63,050 bases of DNA, from positions 1 through 63,050 of IMG/VR virus record IMGVR_UViG_3300043640_000027; one strand, written 5' to 3'. This document shows, piece by piece, positions 1-8,423 of this stretch. Source of the DNA: a virus. The notes beneath the pieces are model-generated. The model had not been told where the DNA came from. It saw only the letters and a list, made by a program, of their open reading frames with translations, and did no database searches. The translations under genes and the position numbers were made by a program. Within the stretch, counting starts at the first letter, position 1, and every line of letters starts with the position of its first letter.

Positions 1-292
1 TCATCTTAATTGAGAACGTCTTGGCGTAATCAATCGTCATCGTCACGGGTTCACCATCAATGGTGTCGTGGATGATCTTACCATTCTTATCGTAGTCCCG
101 CACAACTACCTTCGGTTCACGCATGAAGGTAATTTGGTCGCCACCCTTCTGCAAGTCGCCAGTATATTCCGTGGTGGAGATATCACTGTAAACTGTCGTG
201 GTGTAGAACCGTTCCAGCAAGTCCATGCGGAATAGCGGTGTGATAAGACTGTTGCTGTACTGCGGGTAGCCACTTGCGGCAGGAACGGCCAT
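1..292 (-). CDS. major capsid protein, 5' part (gene split by the linearisation point; continues at 62923)
   Basis: ATG at 292 with GGAGA about 6 nt upstream. The frame runs off base 1. Bases 1-127 equal 62924-63050, and the frame is continuous with ORF 62280..63047 (joined product 311 aa). Capsid call rests on size and position right after the scaffold-like gene. Confidence 0.75.
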   Translation of the reverse strand, partial: MAVPAASGYPQYSNSLITPLFRMDLLERFYTTTVYSDISTTEYTGDLQKGGDQITFMREPKVVVRDYDKNGKIIHDTIDGEPVTMTIDYAKTFSIKM

Positions 293-307
293 TATTATTC
301 TCCGGTC

Positions 308-1270
308 TTACTTTTGGTAATCCACACGGCCTTCACGGTCGGCGGCATCATACTCGGACTTGATCTTCTCGTAGTCTTCGTAACTAATTTCCTTGTTAAT
401 GTACTGCTTATGCGCTTCCTTTCGCTTGCTAAATGGTAACATCTTAGGGCTGGTGTCGATCTCTTCATCCGAACCACTGCCGCCACCCGGTAAAGCACCT
501 TCATAACCTGACGCTGTTGGTGCCTTACCTACTCCGTACTTCTCCTTAAACTTATTGAACACACGTACCATTCCAGCTACTTTCTCTTTCGCGAAGTTAT
601 TCTGGATTAGCTCTGCCCATGTGTCGCCTGTATCTGGGTCGGTAGCTTCGGTAAAGTCGCGCCAGTTCTTGTGGCTTGTGCATTCATCGAATTCTGGTAC
701 TTTGTCGCGAACCTGATCGGTGTAGGTCTTAGCTCTTACACCACTAGCTGTCTTAGACGCGCCTTCTGCAAGAGACTTTACTCCGCCTAGGGCTTCTTCG
801 ATAGCATCAATGCGTGCTACGAGCTTAGGGAAGTTCTTATTCAGGGCTTCCTGAACTACCTTCTCTACGAAACTCTTACTCTCTCCGTAGTCCTTAGTCT
901 CGTCGTCTGTGTATTGGACTTGTGCCGGTTCCCACGAATCGACTGCTGCCGCTGCGGGCTTTGCTGCGGGCTTGGGACTACCCTTAGAGCCATCCTCTAG
1001 CTCTGTCAAGCGCCGCGTGAGGGCTTCCACGTCCATTTGAAGGGCTTCGGTGCGCCCTTCGGCAGCACGGGCCTTTCCAGCCGCCGCCTGTAGATCGTTG
1101 AATTCTTCGCGGCTAATAGTAACTTTAGCTTCGGTGGGTTCTGCCGGAGCAGGTGCAGGTGCGGCGGCTGGTGCCGGGACAGGTGCAGGTGCGAGGTCTT
1201 GACCTTGGGACTCTAGTGCAGCCCGACGCGCTTGCATAGAAGCAGGCAGCGCAGATACGTTATCAACCAT
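308..1270 (-). CDS. scaffolding protein (putative)
   Basis: 320-aa acidic, Ala/Pro-rich protein (APAPVPAPAAAPAPAPAEP) with charged helical stretches. AAGGAG lies 7 nt before ATG 1270. Sits directly upstream of the capsid gene. Confidence 0.6.
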   Translation of the reverse strand: MVDNVSALPASMQARRAALESQGQDLAPAPVPAPAAAPAPAPAEPTEAKVTISREEFNDLQAAAGKARAAEGRTEALQMDVEALTRRLTELEDGSKGSPKPAAKPAAAAVDSWEPAQVQYTDDETKDYGESKSFVEKVVQEALNKNFPKLVARIDAIEEALGGVKSLAEGASKTASGVRAKTYTDQVRDKVPEFDECTSHKNWRDFTEATDPDTGDTWAELIQNNFAKEKVAGMVRVFNKFKEKYGVGKAPTASGYEGALPGGGSGSDEEIDTSPKMLPFSKRKEAHKQYINKEISYEDYEKIKSEYDAADREGRVDYQK

Positions 1271-1274
1271 TACA

Positions 1275-1475
1275 TTACTCCTTTACACTTTCGAGGATTT
1301 TGATGAATTCTTCTGCTTCCAATGCCCGCCCACGTAATTCTCTATACATCTCTGGGCTACCGTGAATCAGATTACCTTTCAGTTCTTCTAGTCTCGCCTT
1401 CCAATATACTAACAGGGGTCGATTGACCCCTGTAGCGGTTGCTCTACGTACATCGTCTATCAGACTCTTATCCAT
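1275..1475 (-). CDS. hypothetical protein (head module)
   Basis: 66-aa ORF on the operon strand. ATG 1475 lies 2 nt after the stop of the upstream gene (1478). Confidence 0.6.
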   Translation of the reverse strand: MDKSLIDDVRRATATGVNRPLLVYWKARLEELKGNLIHGSPEMYRELRGRALEAEEFIKILESVKE

Positions 1476-1477
1476 AA

Positions 1478-1720
1478 TTAATCCGACGTGGTAAACCCTG
1501 CACGATTCTTAGCAGGTTTCGGAACTTTTGCCGGGCCAAACTTAACCATAGCTGGGCCTTTACCACCGCTGCTTGGGTTTGCTGGGCCTTTACCCGGATT
1601 CGCAATAGTCTGCGATATGGGTAGACTCTTGGTGGTTATGTTGCTTGTCTCTTCCCTAAAACTGGTGCCGAAACCGCAACTACCTTGCGCACCGGGGTTA
1701 CCTTTAATACTGGTATTCAT
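1478..1720 (-). CDS. hypothetical Gly/Pro/Lys-rich small protein (head module)
   Basis: AGGTGA RBS just upstream of ATG 1720. Low-complexity 80 aa. Preferred over antisense ORF 1488..1739 because all neighbours are on the minus strand. Confidence 0.5.
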   Translation of the reverse strand: MNTSIKGNPGAQGSCGFGTSFREETSNITTKSLPISQTIANPGKGPANPSSGGKGPAMVKFGPAKVPKPAKNRAGFTTSD

Positions 1721-1735
1721 ATATCACCTATGCGT

Positions 1736-3730
1736 TTAACGCGCCATTGAACCTGCTTGTGGGATCGGAGCCAATTGCCCGCCTGTAGGGGGCTGGCTTT
1801 GCGGTGGTAGCGGCACCGGCGTACTTGTTCCACGGTTGAACGCCTGTGTCTGACTTCCTTGCCCTTGACTACCTAAAAGGCTAGCCAAATCCTGTACGTT
1901 TGCCGCCGCGTCCGGGTCAGGTACGATCTTATCGACTGGTAAGCCAGTACCTTGCAGGATGGCCCGCAAGATATAATCCAGCGCGCTTTTATCTATTAAA
2001 CCCTGAGCCGCATACGGAGTCAATAGCTGCAACACTTCGACAGTGCGAGTCTGCGCAAGCTCTCGCTGTAGTAGCCCTGTTGCGCCGCGTGCTACTACCT
2101 TAGCATCTGCTTTAATACCCGGATCACTAGACGTTGACATGTTATAGTAGTAGTACGCACTTACTACCCGAGATATTACATCCCGATCTATATTAAGCTG
2201 TACGTTCTTAATACCCTTTGCTGCATTGCCCATTAGCATAGACAGCCCGCCTAGGGTTCTGCCCGCGCCTGCGACTTGTGGATTACCTAGTACATAAGCT
2301 GGCACACCTGAAAGATCATCAGCAATCTTACTGAACTGCTGGAACACATCCATTAGGTCTTTAGAGATTGACGTAACGTTATGGAATCGGAATGCTGGCG
2401 CACCTGTACCCGTAATGTCTGGGCCTACACGATAAATCTTATAGGGTGCAATAGATAACTCGTCTTCTGTTTCAGCTAGACGATCATTAATTACTTCACC
2501 TATCGGCCCGCTCGCATACCCCATGTTTCGCACAAGCGAACGCACAGACGCATTGCACACGCGCTGTGTATCGTATACTAGGTCAACTACACTCTGGCCC
2601 CATATGCTACCATTGACCTTGGTATACGACGTGCAGTAGACGGGACGTGCCCCTACGGGACTTGGGTTAAGTACCGCACGTATGGTGTAGTTACCGACAC
2701 ACCACACTTCCGCTTCGTAGAATTTCTGTGGGTCGTCAACTACGGCGCCAAACTTAACTAGGTGCTTGCCTAGAATTTTACCGTTGTAGATAACTACTTC
2801 TAATCCTTTCTTATGTCGTAAGATTTTATCCCGATCTTCTAGATCAGCCCGGACATTGTCTTCCATCTTGGTCGGCATGTAGCCGTCTTCATATTCTTTT
2901 AGAACTTGCCGTATAGTAGACTCTACGAATGTGGGTACGCCGATAAGGTTATGAACCTCGGCGTGTCTCCACTCCCGCGCTTCTATAAAGTATTCGCTTT
3001 GTTGGATGCTGGTGGCGTTAGGGGCAGGATAAGCATCGAAAGGACTAATGACCCGCATGTGCGGTACTGCCTTCTGCTTAACCACAAATTTGTCGCCTTT
3101 CCACTCTGGGTCGAGTACATTAACTTCGATAGGCCCACGCATAAAGGCCGTTGGAAATACTGTTAGGTCTTCTATATATCCCGCGTATATATTCAACCAG
3201 TCCGCTTCTGTCATCTGGTCATTGATACGCGTTTCCATACGCTGTGTAGCATCTGTAGCCTGCTTCAAACTAAATTCTTGTAGAGCAGACTTAACTTGCG
3301 TCGCTCGATCTTTCAACGCATCAAACGAATTAAAATTAGGGAGTTCTTGGAGAAGCATTTGTATTGCTTGTTCCATTAACTTCTCAGGTAGTTCTGGTTC
3401 TGGGGTAGGTGTAAGCGTCCAAGGCTTATCCAGATTACTTGAGATAATATCTATTAACCACGAAGACGCGGCTCGCGCTTTAAGCGAACACAGACCCACA
3501 TACACATCGTTGTATGGGCCTAATAGCGTTTCTTCGTCTGGCTGATACTTACATTTCTTCGCCCGTAAGTTTCTTAGCAGACGTTCTGTAATACCGGCGT
3601 TCTGCTTATGCATGCGCGCGTCTACGTAATTGCGCTGCACGAGTGCCGACAATTCATCTTCTAACTTAGTATTAGCAACTTCGCCTAGACCGAACTGACC
3701 TAGTTCCGCTGCGGTTGCTTCAATTGCCAT
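1736..3730 (-). CDS. portal protein (putative)
   Basis: 664 aa, the largest ORF of the head module. Lies between terminase/lysis genes and scaffold/capsid genes. Call by size and synteny only. Confidence 0.6.
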   Translation of the reverse strand: MAIEATAAELGQFGLGEVANTKLEDELSALVQRNYVDARMHKQNAGITERLLRNLRAKKCKYQPDEETLLGPYNDVYVGLCSLKARAASSWLIDIISSNLDKPWTLTPTPEPELPEKLMEQAIQMLLQELPNFNSFDALKDRATQVKSALQEFSLKQATDATQRMETRINDQMTEADWLNIYAGYIEDLTVFPTAFMRGPIEVNVLDPEWKGDKFVVKQKAVPHMRVISPFDAYPAPNATSIQQSEYFIEAREWRHAEVHNLIGVPTFVESTIRQVLKEYEDGYMPTKMEDNVRADLEDRDKILRHKKGLEVVIYNGKILGKHLVKFGAVVDDPQKFYEAEVWCVGNYTIRAVLNPSPVGARPVYCTSYTKVNGSIWGQSVVDLVYDTQRVCNASVRSLVRNMGYASGPIGEVINDRLAETEDELSIAPYKIYRVGPDITGTGAPAFRFHNVTSISKDLMDVFQQFSKIADDLSGVPAYVLGNPQVAGAGRTLGGLSMLMGNAAKGIKNVQLNIDRDVISRVVSAYYYYNMSTSSDPGIKADAKVVARGATGLLQRELAQTRTVEVLQLLTPYAAQGLIDKSALDYILRAILQGTGLPVDKIVPDPDAAANVQDLASLLGSQGQGSQTQAFNRGTSTPVPLPPQSQPPTGGQLAPIPQAGSMAR

Positions 3731-3998
3731 CGGTTTCAGTTCCTTGAATAGTGCCTATGGAATCTAGCTGTCCATAGCACAGCTCTAATTTCGTTCTACG
3801 CTTTTTAGCGACGATGGTAGCTTCTTTAACTGTGTCATTAGTCGGCGTGTCTATAGCGTACTTCTGTAGATACTTTGCCGGAACTGCGATATACTTATAG
3901 ACAGTTACCTTTGTCTCTTTTACCTGTGTCGGCCTCGTCTCTCCGCAACCGCCGAGTACCAAGGCCGCAAGGATTAATAGTCCATAGCGGCGGGACAT
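3720..3998 (-). CDS. o-spanin-like outer-membrane lipoprotein (putative)
   Basis: Start chosen at ATG 3998 (AAGGAG 6 nt upstream). N-terminus MSRRYGLLILAALVLGGC is a signal peptide plus lipobox Cys. Overlaps the 3' end of the upstream TM/coiled-coil gene by 25 nt. Confidence 0.6.
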   Translation of the reverse strand: MSRRYGLLILAALVLGGCGETRPTQVKETKVTVYKYIAVPAKYLQKYAIDTPTNDTVKEATIVAKKRRTKLELCYGQLDSIGTIQGTETDGN

Positions 3999-4354
3999 AT
4001 ATGCTCCTTTAGAACAGCGCACTCAGGCTGCTGCTCAAGTTTATCTTGTTTATCTACGAATACTTTGACCACTTTAGGGCCGGCTTCCTGTAATGCTGTT
4101 AGCTTTTTATTCGCCTCTACTTCCCGTAACTTAGCCGCTGTTTCCTGTTTCTGCGCTTCTACCGTCGCATCATTACAGTCTTTCAACACAGCGTCCTTCT
4201 GCTTATTTGTATCTAGCGCATTGTCTAGTTTGGCCTGCACTATAGCTACATCTTTATGTGCGTAACTATATCCGCCCATAACGCAGCAAAGCGCCAGTAT
4301 CGCTACTAGCGCCAGTTCTGCGATCCATAGGTAGGGTTTAATGCTTTGCAGCAT
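3974..4354 (-). CDS. i-spanin-like type II membrane protein (putative)
   Basis: N-terminal TM helix (LWIAELALVAILALCCV) followed by a charged, coiled-coil-like domain. Immediately upstream of, and overlapping, the lipoprotein gene. Confidence 0.55.
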   Translation of the reverse strand: MLQSIKPYLWIAELALVAILALCCVMGGYSYAHKDVAIVQAKLDNALDTNKQKDAVLKDCNDATVEAQKQETAAKLREVEANKKLTALQEAGPKVVKVFVDKQDKLEQQPECAVLKEHICPAAMDY

Positions 4355-4670
4355 CTCTATTATCCTCTTGGGCTGCCTCTACTGCTGCGCCAGATGCTTT
4401 CACTGCCGCGCCAGATGCTTTGGCCGCTGCGTCAGATGCGGTTGCCGTACTCGTAGACAGTCTACTTATAACTACGTCTTTCTGAGATATGACTTGATCT
4501 TTCTGACCTAATAGGATATTAAACCCGGTGGTCAGTGAATTAGTCTGCTTAGTGCATGCTTCTCTATCTAGGAACGTGGCAGTAAGTAGCCCAATGGAAA
4601 AGGCGCCGATAAACAGCATCAGCGCACCTAACCATCCTTCATGGTTACTATACCACTGCTTAGTGCTCAT
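4338..4670 (-). CDS. membrane protein, holin/antiholin candidate
   Basis: Single TM (WLGALMLFIGAFSIGLLTATFL). ATGA-coupled to the upstream gene. C-terminal AAKASGA-type heptads are encoded by a 3 x 21-nt imperfect tandem repeat (4382-4444). Confidence 0.5.
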   Translation of the reverse strand: MSTKQWYSNHEGWLGALMLFIGAFSIGLLTATFLDREACTKQTNSLTTGFNILLGQKDQVISQKDVVISRLSTSTATASDAAAKASGAAVKASGAAVEAAQEDNRDAAKH

Positions 4671-4987
4671 GCAACACTCGACGTACTCGGAGGTATCCGC
4701 ATCTGTAAATCTTTGACCTGTAGAGATAGCATTGCTACTTGGGTACGTAACTGGCTAATCTGTTCTATAGCCTGATCCCTAGCAGCCGATGCAGCATCAG
4801 CTCTCGCACGTTCCTGCGCGACCTGATCCTGTAGCATTTTGATTATCTGTAGCTGGGCATCATTACCCGCGCGCTCTACAGAGTCACCTGAAAGATATTT
4901 ACGTAGTAGTAAAAATCCTGCTGCTATGCCTGCTACACCTGTGCCAAGAATGCTTAAGATTCCGGTACTGTCCGGCAAATCAGCCAT
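4667..4987 (-). CDS. membrane protein, holin candidate
   Basis: Start chosen at ATG 4987 (MADLPDSTG...). TM ILSILGTGVAGIAAGFLLL, then a coiled-coil-like tail. Overlaps the endolysin stop by 8 nt. The longer track ORF (to 5113) would overlap the endolysin by 134 nt. Confidence 0.5.
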   Translation of the reverse strand: MADLPDSTGILSILGTGVAGIAAGFLLLRKYLSGDSVERAGNDAQLQIIKMLQDQVAQERARADAASAARDQAIEQISQLRTQVAMLSLQVKDLQMRIPPSTSSVA

Positions 4988-5489
4988 TGGCGTAGTCCTG
5001 TGCAACCGCGTAATTCTTGCGCCATTTGGTCTGTATAGCGTCTTTCTGCGTCTGCGTACCACGAGCGTATGCTCCGGGGCGCCAATTACGTACATAGCAT
5101 TTGAATGCACCATCGCTATCTCCTACTTGCGGAAGAGGGTTTGAGTCTGCGTACAGAATCAATCTAGCAACGACGCATGCGAGTTCGTCATTATTAATGA
5201 CTTCTCTGTAAACGGTTTCCCAGTCCGAGATTACTCCTAACTTATTGCACGCGTCTATTAGTATTGGGCCTACAACCTTATGGTTACGTACTGCTTTAAC
5301 GCCATTAGGTTCTTCCTGCCAAAAGCTATGTGCTGGTCCGCCACCTAGCTGTATTCTATCCATGAACCTAGATTCTTGTAGTCCTGTGGTTAGTAGCTGA
5401 ACCCTCGCACTAGGACTATCGAATTTTGGGGCTAGTATTTCTGTCAGTGTTTTATTAACTACCCAAACACCTTGCTCGATACCATTCAT
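4980..5489 (-). CDS. endolysin candidate, SLT-like lytic transglycosylase fold
   Basis: Start chosen at ATG 5489. Motif LQESRF...GGGPAHSFWQ resembles the E-S...GxxGLMQ signature of SLT domains. Heads the membrane-protein/spanin cluster. Confidence 0.55.
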   Translation of the reverse strand: MNGIEQGVWVVNKTLTEILAPKFDSPSARVQLLTTGLQESRFMDRIQLGGGPAHSFWQEEPNGVKAVRNHKVVGPILIDACNKLGVISDWETVYREVINNDELACVVARLILYADSNPLPQVGDSDGAFKCYVRNWRPGAYARGTQTQKDAIQTKWRKNYAVAQDYANG

Positions 5490-5543
5490 TACTTTCACCC
5501 GTGAACCCCGATGACCCCACCCTAGAGACACAGGCGGCAAACG

Positions 5544-7028
5544 TCAAGCCCACAAGACCGGCCCAGCCTTCGCCTTGACCGTGTTATCCCCTAGCGCCCG
5601 CATGCCGCTACCGGCCCCATATCGTGCGTACAGGGCTAGGTACTGTATCGCATCGGCCATATGTGAATACTCATTCTTATCTGCGGTATCTAACACTTTA
5701 CCCTGACTGTTACGTGTTTCCTTCCATACGTAGCCTGCCCCCATCACTTCGCGTGTATGAGTTAGATGCGGACTAATCACGAACCCTTCGTCACGACCTA
5801 GAAAAAAGTCCACGGCTTCTTTGCGCGTACTGAATTTATTAGTCATGGCAGGGTACGTTTTAATACCCCGCATAGTCATCATCTGTATAGCGGTCATCTT
5901 AGTTAAGCCTGACCGCTGACCACCTGCCGGGTCACCGCTAGCCACGATACTATACCCATTATACTTACTTCGTAGTAGTGGTAGTATATATCCATCTAGG
6001 AAATCTTCGAGACTTTCGTCTGTCGCCGGTAACTCATCCAGTAACACCAGTCCTTTGAAATTAAGTTGAGCAATAATACAGGCAGGAGTAAGACCGAAGT
6101 CGATACCAAGAATAATGCTAGTACCGCGTCTCGGCAGTATGATCTCTTTCGATACATGCTTATTCTCTGAGAACTTAGAAAAGATCGGCTTACCCCGCCG
6201 CGTCATCCCATACTCGCCCGCCAGATTAACCCGGATGGCCTCTTCACTCTTAGCCATCTGGCGTATATAGTAGTTGTCAGATAGGTGACTTAAGTTCTCT
6301 GCATCAGGATTAAGCTCCCACCTCTCACCGTTCCAAAACACGGCGGGCGGCTGCTTATACTTCTTCCACCCTTTAGGCGTCTCCCCACCCTCAAACTTTG
6401 TATAGCACCAGTGCGTATTCCTCGGAGGGTTAGAGTCGCATATGATCCCCGGTTCTGTAGCACCGAACGTCCGTACCCCATCCGCATCTTTCTTCGTCTC
6501 TGGGTATCGGTCAATACGCTCTAACAGACCATCGACTATCTCGATCGGTATCTCTCGGGCCTCGTTTATGTACGCACCCGTAAGCTCCAAGGACAATAGC
6601 TTGGATACGTCTTCTGGGGTATCGAGCGCCATGAAGTACACTTCAAGGTGTACGCTTGTCCCATCTGCCATCTTCTGTTTGAACGTACACAGTATGGGCA
6701 TGGAATAGACTACCGGCGCTAGCGCGTTGGGCACCCACTGCTGCCACGTCTTTATAGTTGTCGTTTTTAGCTCTGGATACGTGTTACGCACGAACACCCA
6801 TCGTGAGCGTCTTACATGCTGGTCATCAGGCTGTTGACGCATAGCCCGCATCAGCACTTCCATCATGCACCCAGTAGATTTACCCGACCCTACCGGCCCC
6901 TCGATATACTGTACATCAAGGTTTCGATCATTATGTAGTCGCGTCAGTGTAGGCTCTGCCTTATAGACAAACGCCTGCGCCGCTTTAGCTAACTCTGTTT
7001 TCTTAAACTCTTCGACTGGCACACTCAT
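5544..7028 (-). CDS. terL: terminase large subunit
   Basis: Walker A GPVGSGKST and Walker B-like LTGAYINEA. Nuclease-domain-like motifs ILGIDFG, SGDPAG and HMADAIQY. 494 aa. ATGA-coupled to the upstream small-subunit candidate. Confidence 0.85.
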   Translation of the reverse strand: MSVPVEEFKKTELAKAAQAFVYKAEPTLTRLHNDRNLDVQYIEGPVGSGKSTGCMMEVLMRAMRQQPDDQHVRRSRWVFVRNTYPELKTTTIKTWQQWVPNALAPVVYSMPILCTFKQKMADGTSVHLEVYFMALDTPEDVSKLLSLELTGAYINEAREIPIEIVDGLLERIDRYPETKKDADGVRTFGATEPGIICDSNPPRNTHWCYTKFEGGETPKGWKKYKQPPAVFWNGERWELNPDAENLSHLSDNYYIRQMAKSEEAIRVNLAGEYGMTRRGKPIFSKFSENKHVSKEIILPRRGTSIILGIDFGLTPACIIAQLNFKGLVLLDELPATDESLEDFLDGYILPLLRSKYNGYSIVASGDPAGGQRSGLTKMTAIQMMTMRGIKTYPAMTNKFSTRKEAVDFFLGRDEGFVISPHLTHTREVMGAGYVWKETRNSQGKVLDTADKNEYSHMADAIQYLALYARYGAGSGMRALGDNTVKAKAGPVLWA

Positions 7029-7690
7029 ACGTCATCCTGCTCTGGTACGCGCACGGGGGCAATCACTGGATAGTCTGAGTGGGTCTTCTGTAGATAGTCT
7101 GGCGCACGCTCAAGCACAAATGGATTAGTCTGGTCTAAACTAAAGGTCACTGGCATGTCCTGTACGTTCGCATTAAGCGCCTTCGGATCAGGAGCGGGAT
7201 TATTCGCATTCACCTGCACCGCCGCATTATCCCCTACGATAAACGTATAAGACACGGCGGCTTGTTGTCCAAGTTCTGCGGCACTCTGCCCGTAAGTTTT
7301 CTTATCCTTCTTGCTCGCCATCCAACGCCCATGCTCGATCATAGCCTTAGCCTTGTCCAGATCGAACTTGGTAATAGCGGCTTTCAGCATTACCTCGCCA
7401 TTGCGTATGTAGCCTTCTGCGCTTAGTACGCTGGCCTCTTCCACTTCCCCTTGGTAGCCATTCTCATCTATCCAAGTACGCAACGTGGTGACCGGCAAGT
7501 TAAGTTCGTCCGCCAAGTCGATAATCGTTGCGCCACGGTATAGGAATTCTTTGATCGGTACTAGACCTATCTCCATCAGAAAGGCGTATGGATTGCCTAC
7601 ACCACGGAAGCGTATATTGCGCGCTCTTAAGGCTATCGAGTCCCTGAATGTACTCGGGGTCGGCGGTGGTTGGGTAGCTATAGCTGGCAT
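7025..7690 (-). CDS. terS: terminase small subunit (putative)
   Basis: ATGA-coupled upstream of TerL. HTH-like segment IIDLADELNLPVTTLRTWI. Start uncertain: ATG 7690 chosen, the track start 7762 is a TTG. Confidence 0.55.
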   Translation of the reverse strand: MPAIATQPPPTPSTFRDSIALRARNIRFRGVGNPYAFLMEIGLVPIKEFLYRGATIIDLADELNLPVTTLRTWIDENGYQGEVEEASVLSAEGYIRNGEVMLKAAITKFDLDKAKAMIEHGRWMASKKDKKTYGQSAAELGQQAAVSYTFIVGDNAAVQVNANNPAPDPKALNANVQDMPVTFSLDQTNPFVLERAPDYLQKTHSDYPVIAPVRVPEQDDV

Positions 7691-8004
7691 AGGCACAGTA
7701 TAAAATTCTACAAGGTGTGGGCGATGTACGCGTAGTATGCGGGGTTTGTTGGGCCAGTGCAAGAGTTATAGGGCTGATCGTCGGAGCCGAGAAAAATTTT
7801 TGGGGGAGTAAGATTATATGGGTGATAAATCTCCGCAGTATCCTCGACACATAATTTCTAAAAAGGGTTCAGATATGAGTGTCGGATGGTGGTTTGGCGA
7901 TCCGGCGTGGGGTGCGGTCGGCCCGTGGTCCGCATGGGGGTGGGTCTAGCCCGATTAATCATATGCGCAGCGGGCCTATTAACTAAGCGATTATCTCGAC
8001 CGAG

Positions 8005-8032
8005 TAGACAGGGTTAATAAGGGTGGTATAAT
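8005..8032 (+). promoter_or_regulatory. sigma70-like promoter with extended -10
   Basis: TAGACA (8005-8010), 16-nt spacer, TGgTATAAT (8024-8032). Lies in the non-coding hub, facing ORF 8165..8416 and the plus-strand arm. Confidence 0.5.
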
Positions 8033-8164
8033 TAAATCAGGGAAAGGGCGGGGTATGGTTTGGCCCGCTCCCGATAGGGTATTAGTTATGTGATTAATAC
8101 CCCGCAGTAAAGTCTGCCCCGCAGTTAATCGGGGCTAATCAATTAAACAACTAGGACAAATCTA

Positions 8165-8416
8165 ATGGATCGCATTAATAATGAAGTGTTGTATGGTCTG
8201 GCTCGCCGTATGTCTGGTGTAATGGGCTGCGCAATTGAGCTTGAACGTGGTAGTAAGTTTAATGGCATCGCTTGGAAGTTTGTTTCCCGTAATGGTTCGC
8301 GTACTGAGATAACCGGACAATCGGCCCGTGAGTTATATGAGAAAGCGCACTCGTTTACGTCTGGCTGGTTCGCGCACGAAGATAAGATGGAAGCCGACAA
8401 GCTAAACAAAGGCTAG
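8165..8416 (+). CDS. hypothetical protein (first plus-strand ORF)
   Basis: 83-aa ORF with balanced, charged composition. Weak RBS (AGGAC). Preferred over the Ser-rich antisense ORF 8143..8409. Confidence 0.45.
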   Translation: MDRINNEVLYGLARRMSGVMGCAIELERGSKFNGIAWKFVSRNGSRTEITGQSARELYEKAHSFTSGWFAHEDKMEADKLNKG

Positions 8417-8423
8417 ACACAAG

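Noticed and set aside
1-127. 127-bp direct repeat at both window ends as a biological direct terminal repeat (DTR)
   Set aside because: It lies inside the essential capsid coding sequence, is exactly 127 bp (a typical assembler k-mer), and joining the ends restores one uninterrupted 311-aa ORF. An assembly overlap is the simpler explanation.
7705-7818. Late-operon promoter candidates on the minus strand (TATAAT at 7818-7813; TGTAGAAT at 7712-7705)
   Set aside because: Neither has a recognisable -35. The second would leave only about 8 nt of leader before the chosen TerS start. This is too uncertain to list as a feature, and it is mentioned only within the promoter-motif finding.
7875-7949. 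24-codon Trp-rich micro-ORF (MSVGWWFGDPAWGAVGPWSAWGWV, 6 Trp) with an AAGGG upstream, in a G-rich tract of the hub
   Set aside because: It lies upstream of the only convincing plus-strand promoter (8005). The Trp richness follows trivially from the TGG-rich, G-rich sequence. No evidence of expression can be derived from the sequence alone, so I noted it as a curiosity only.
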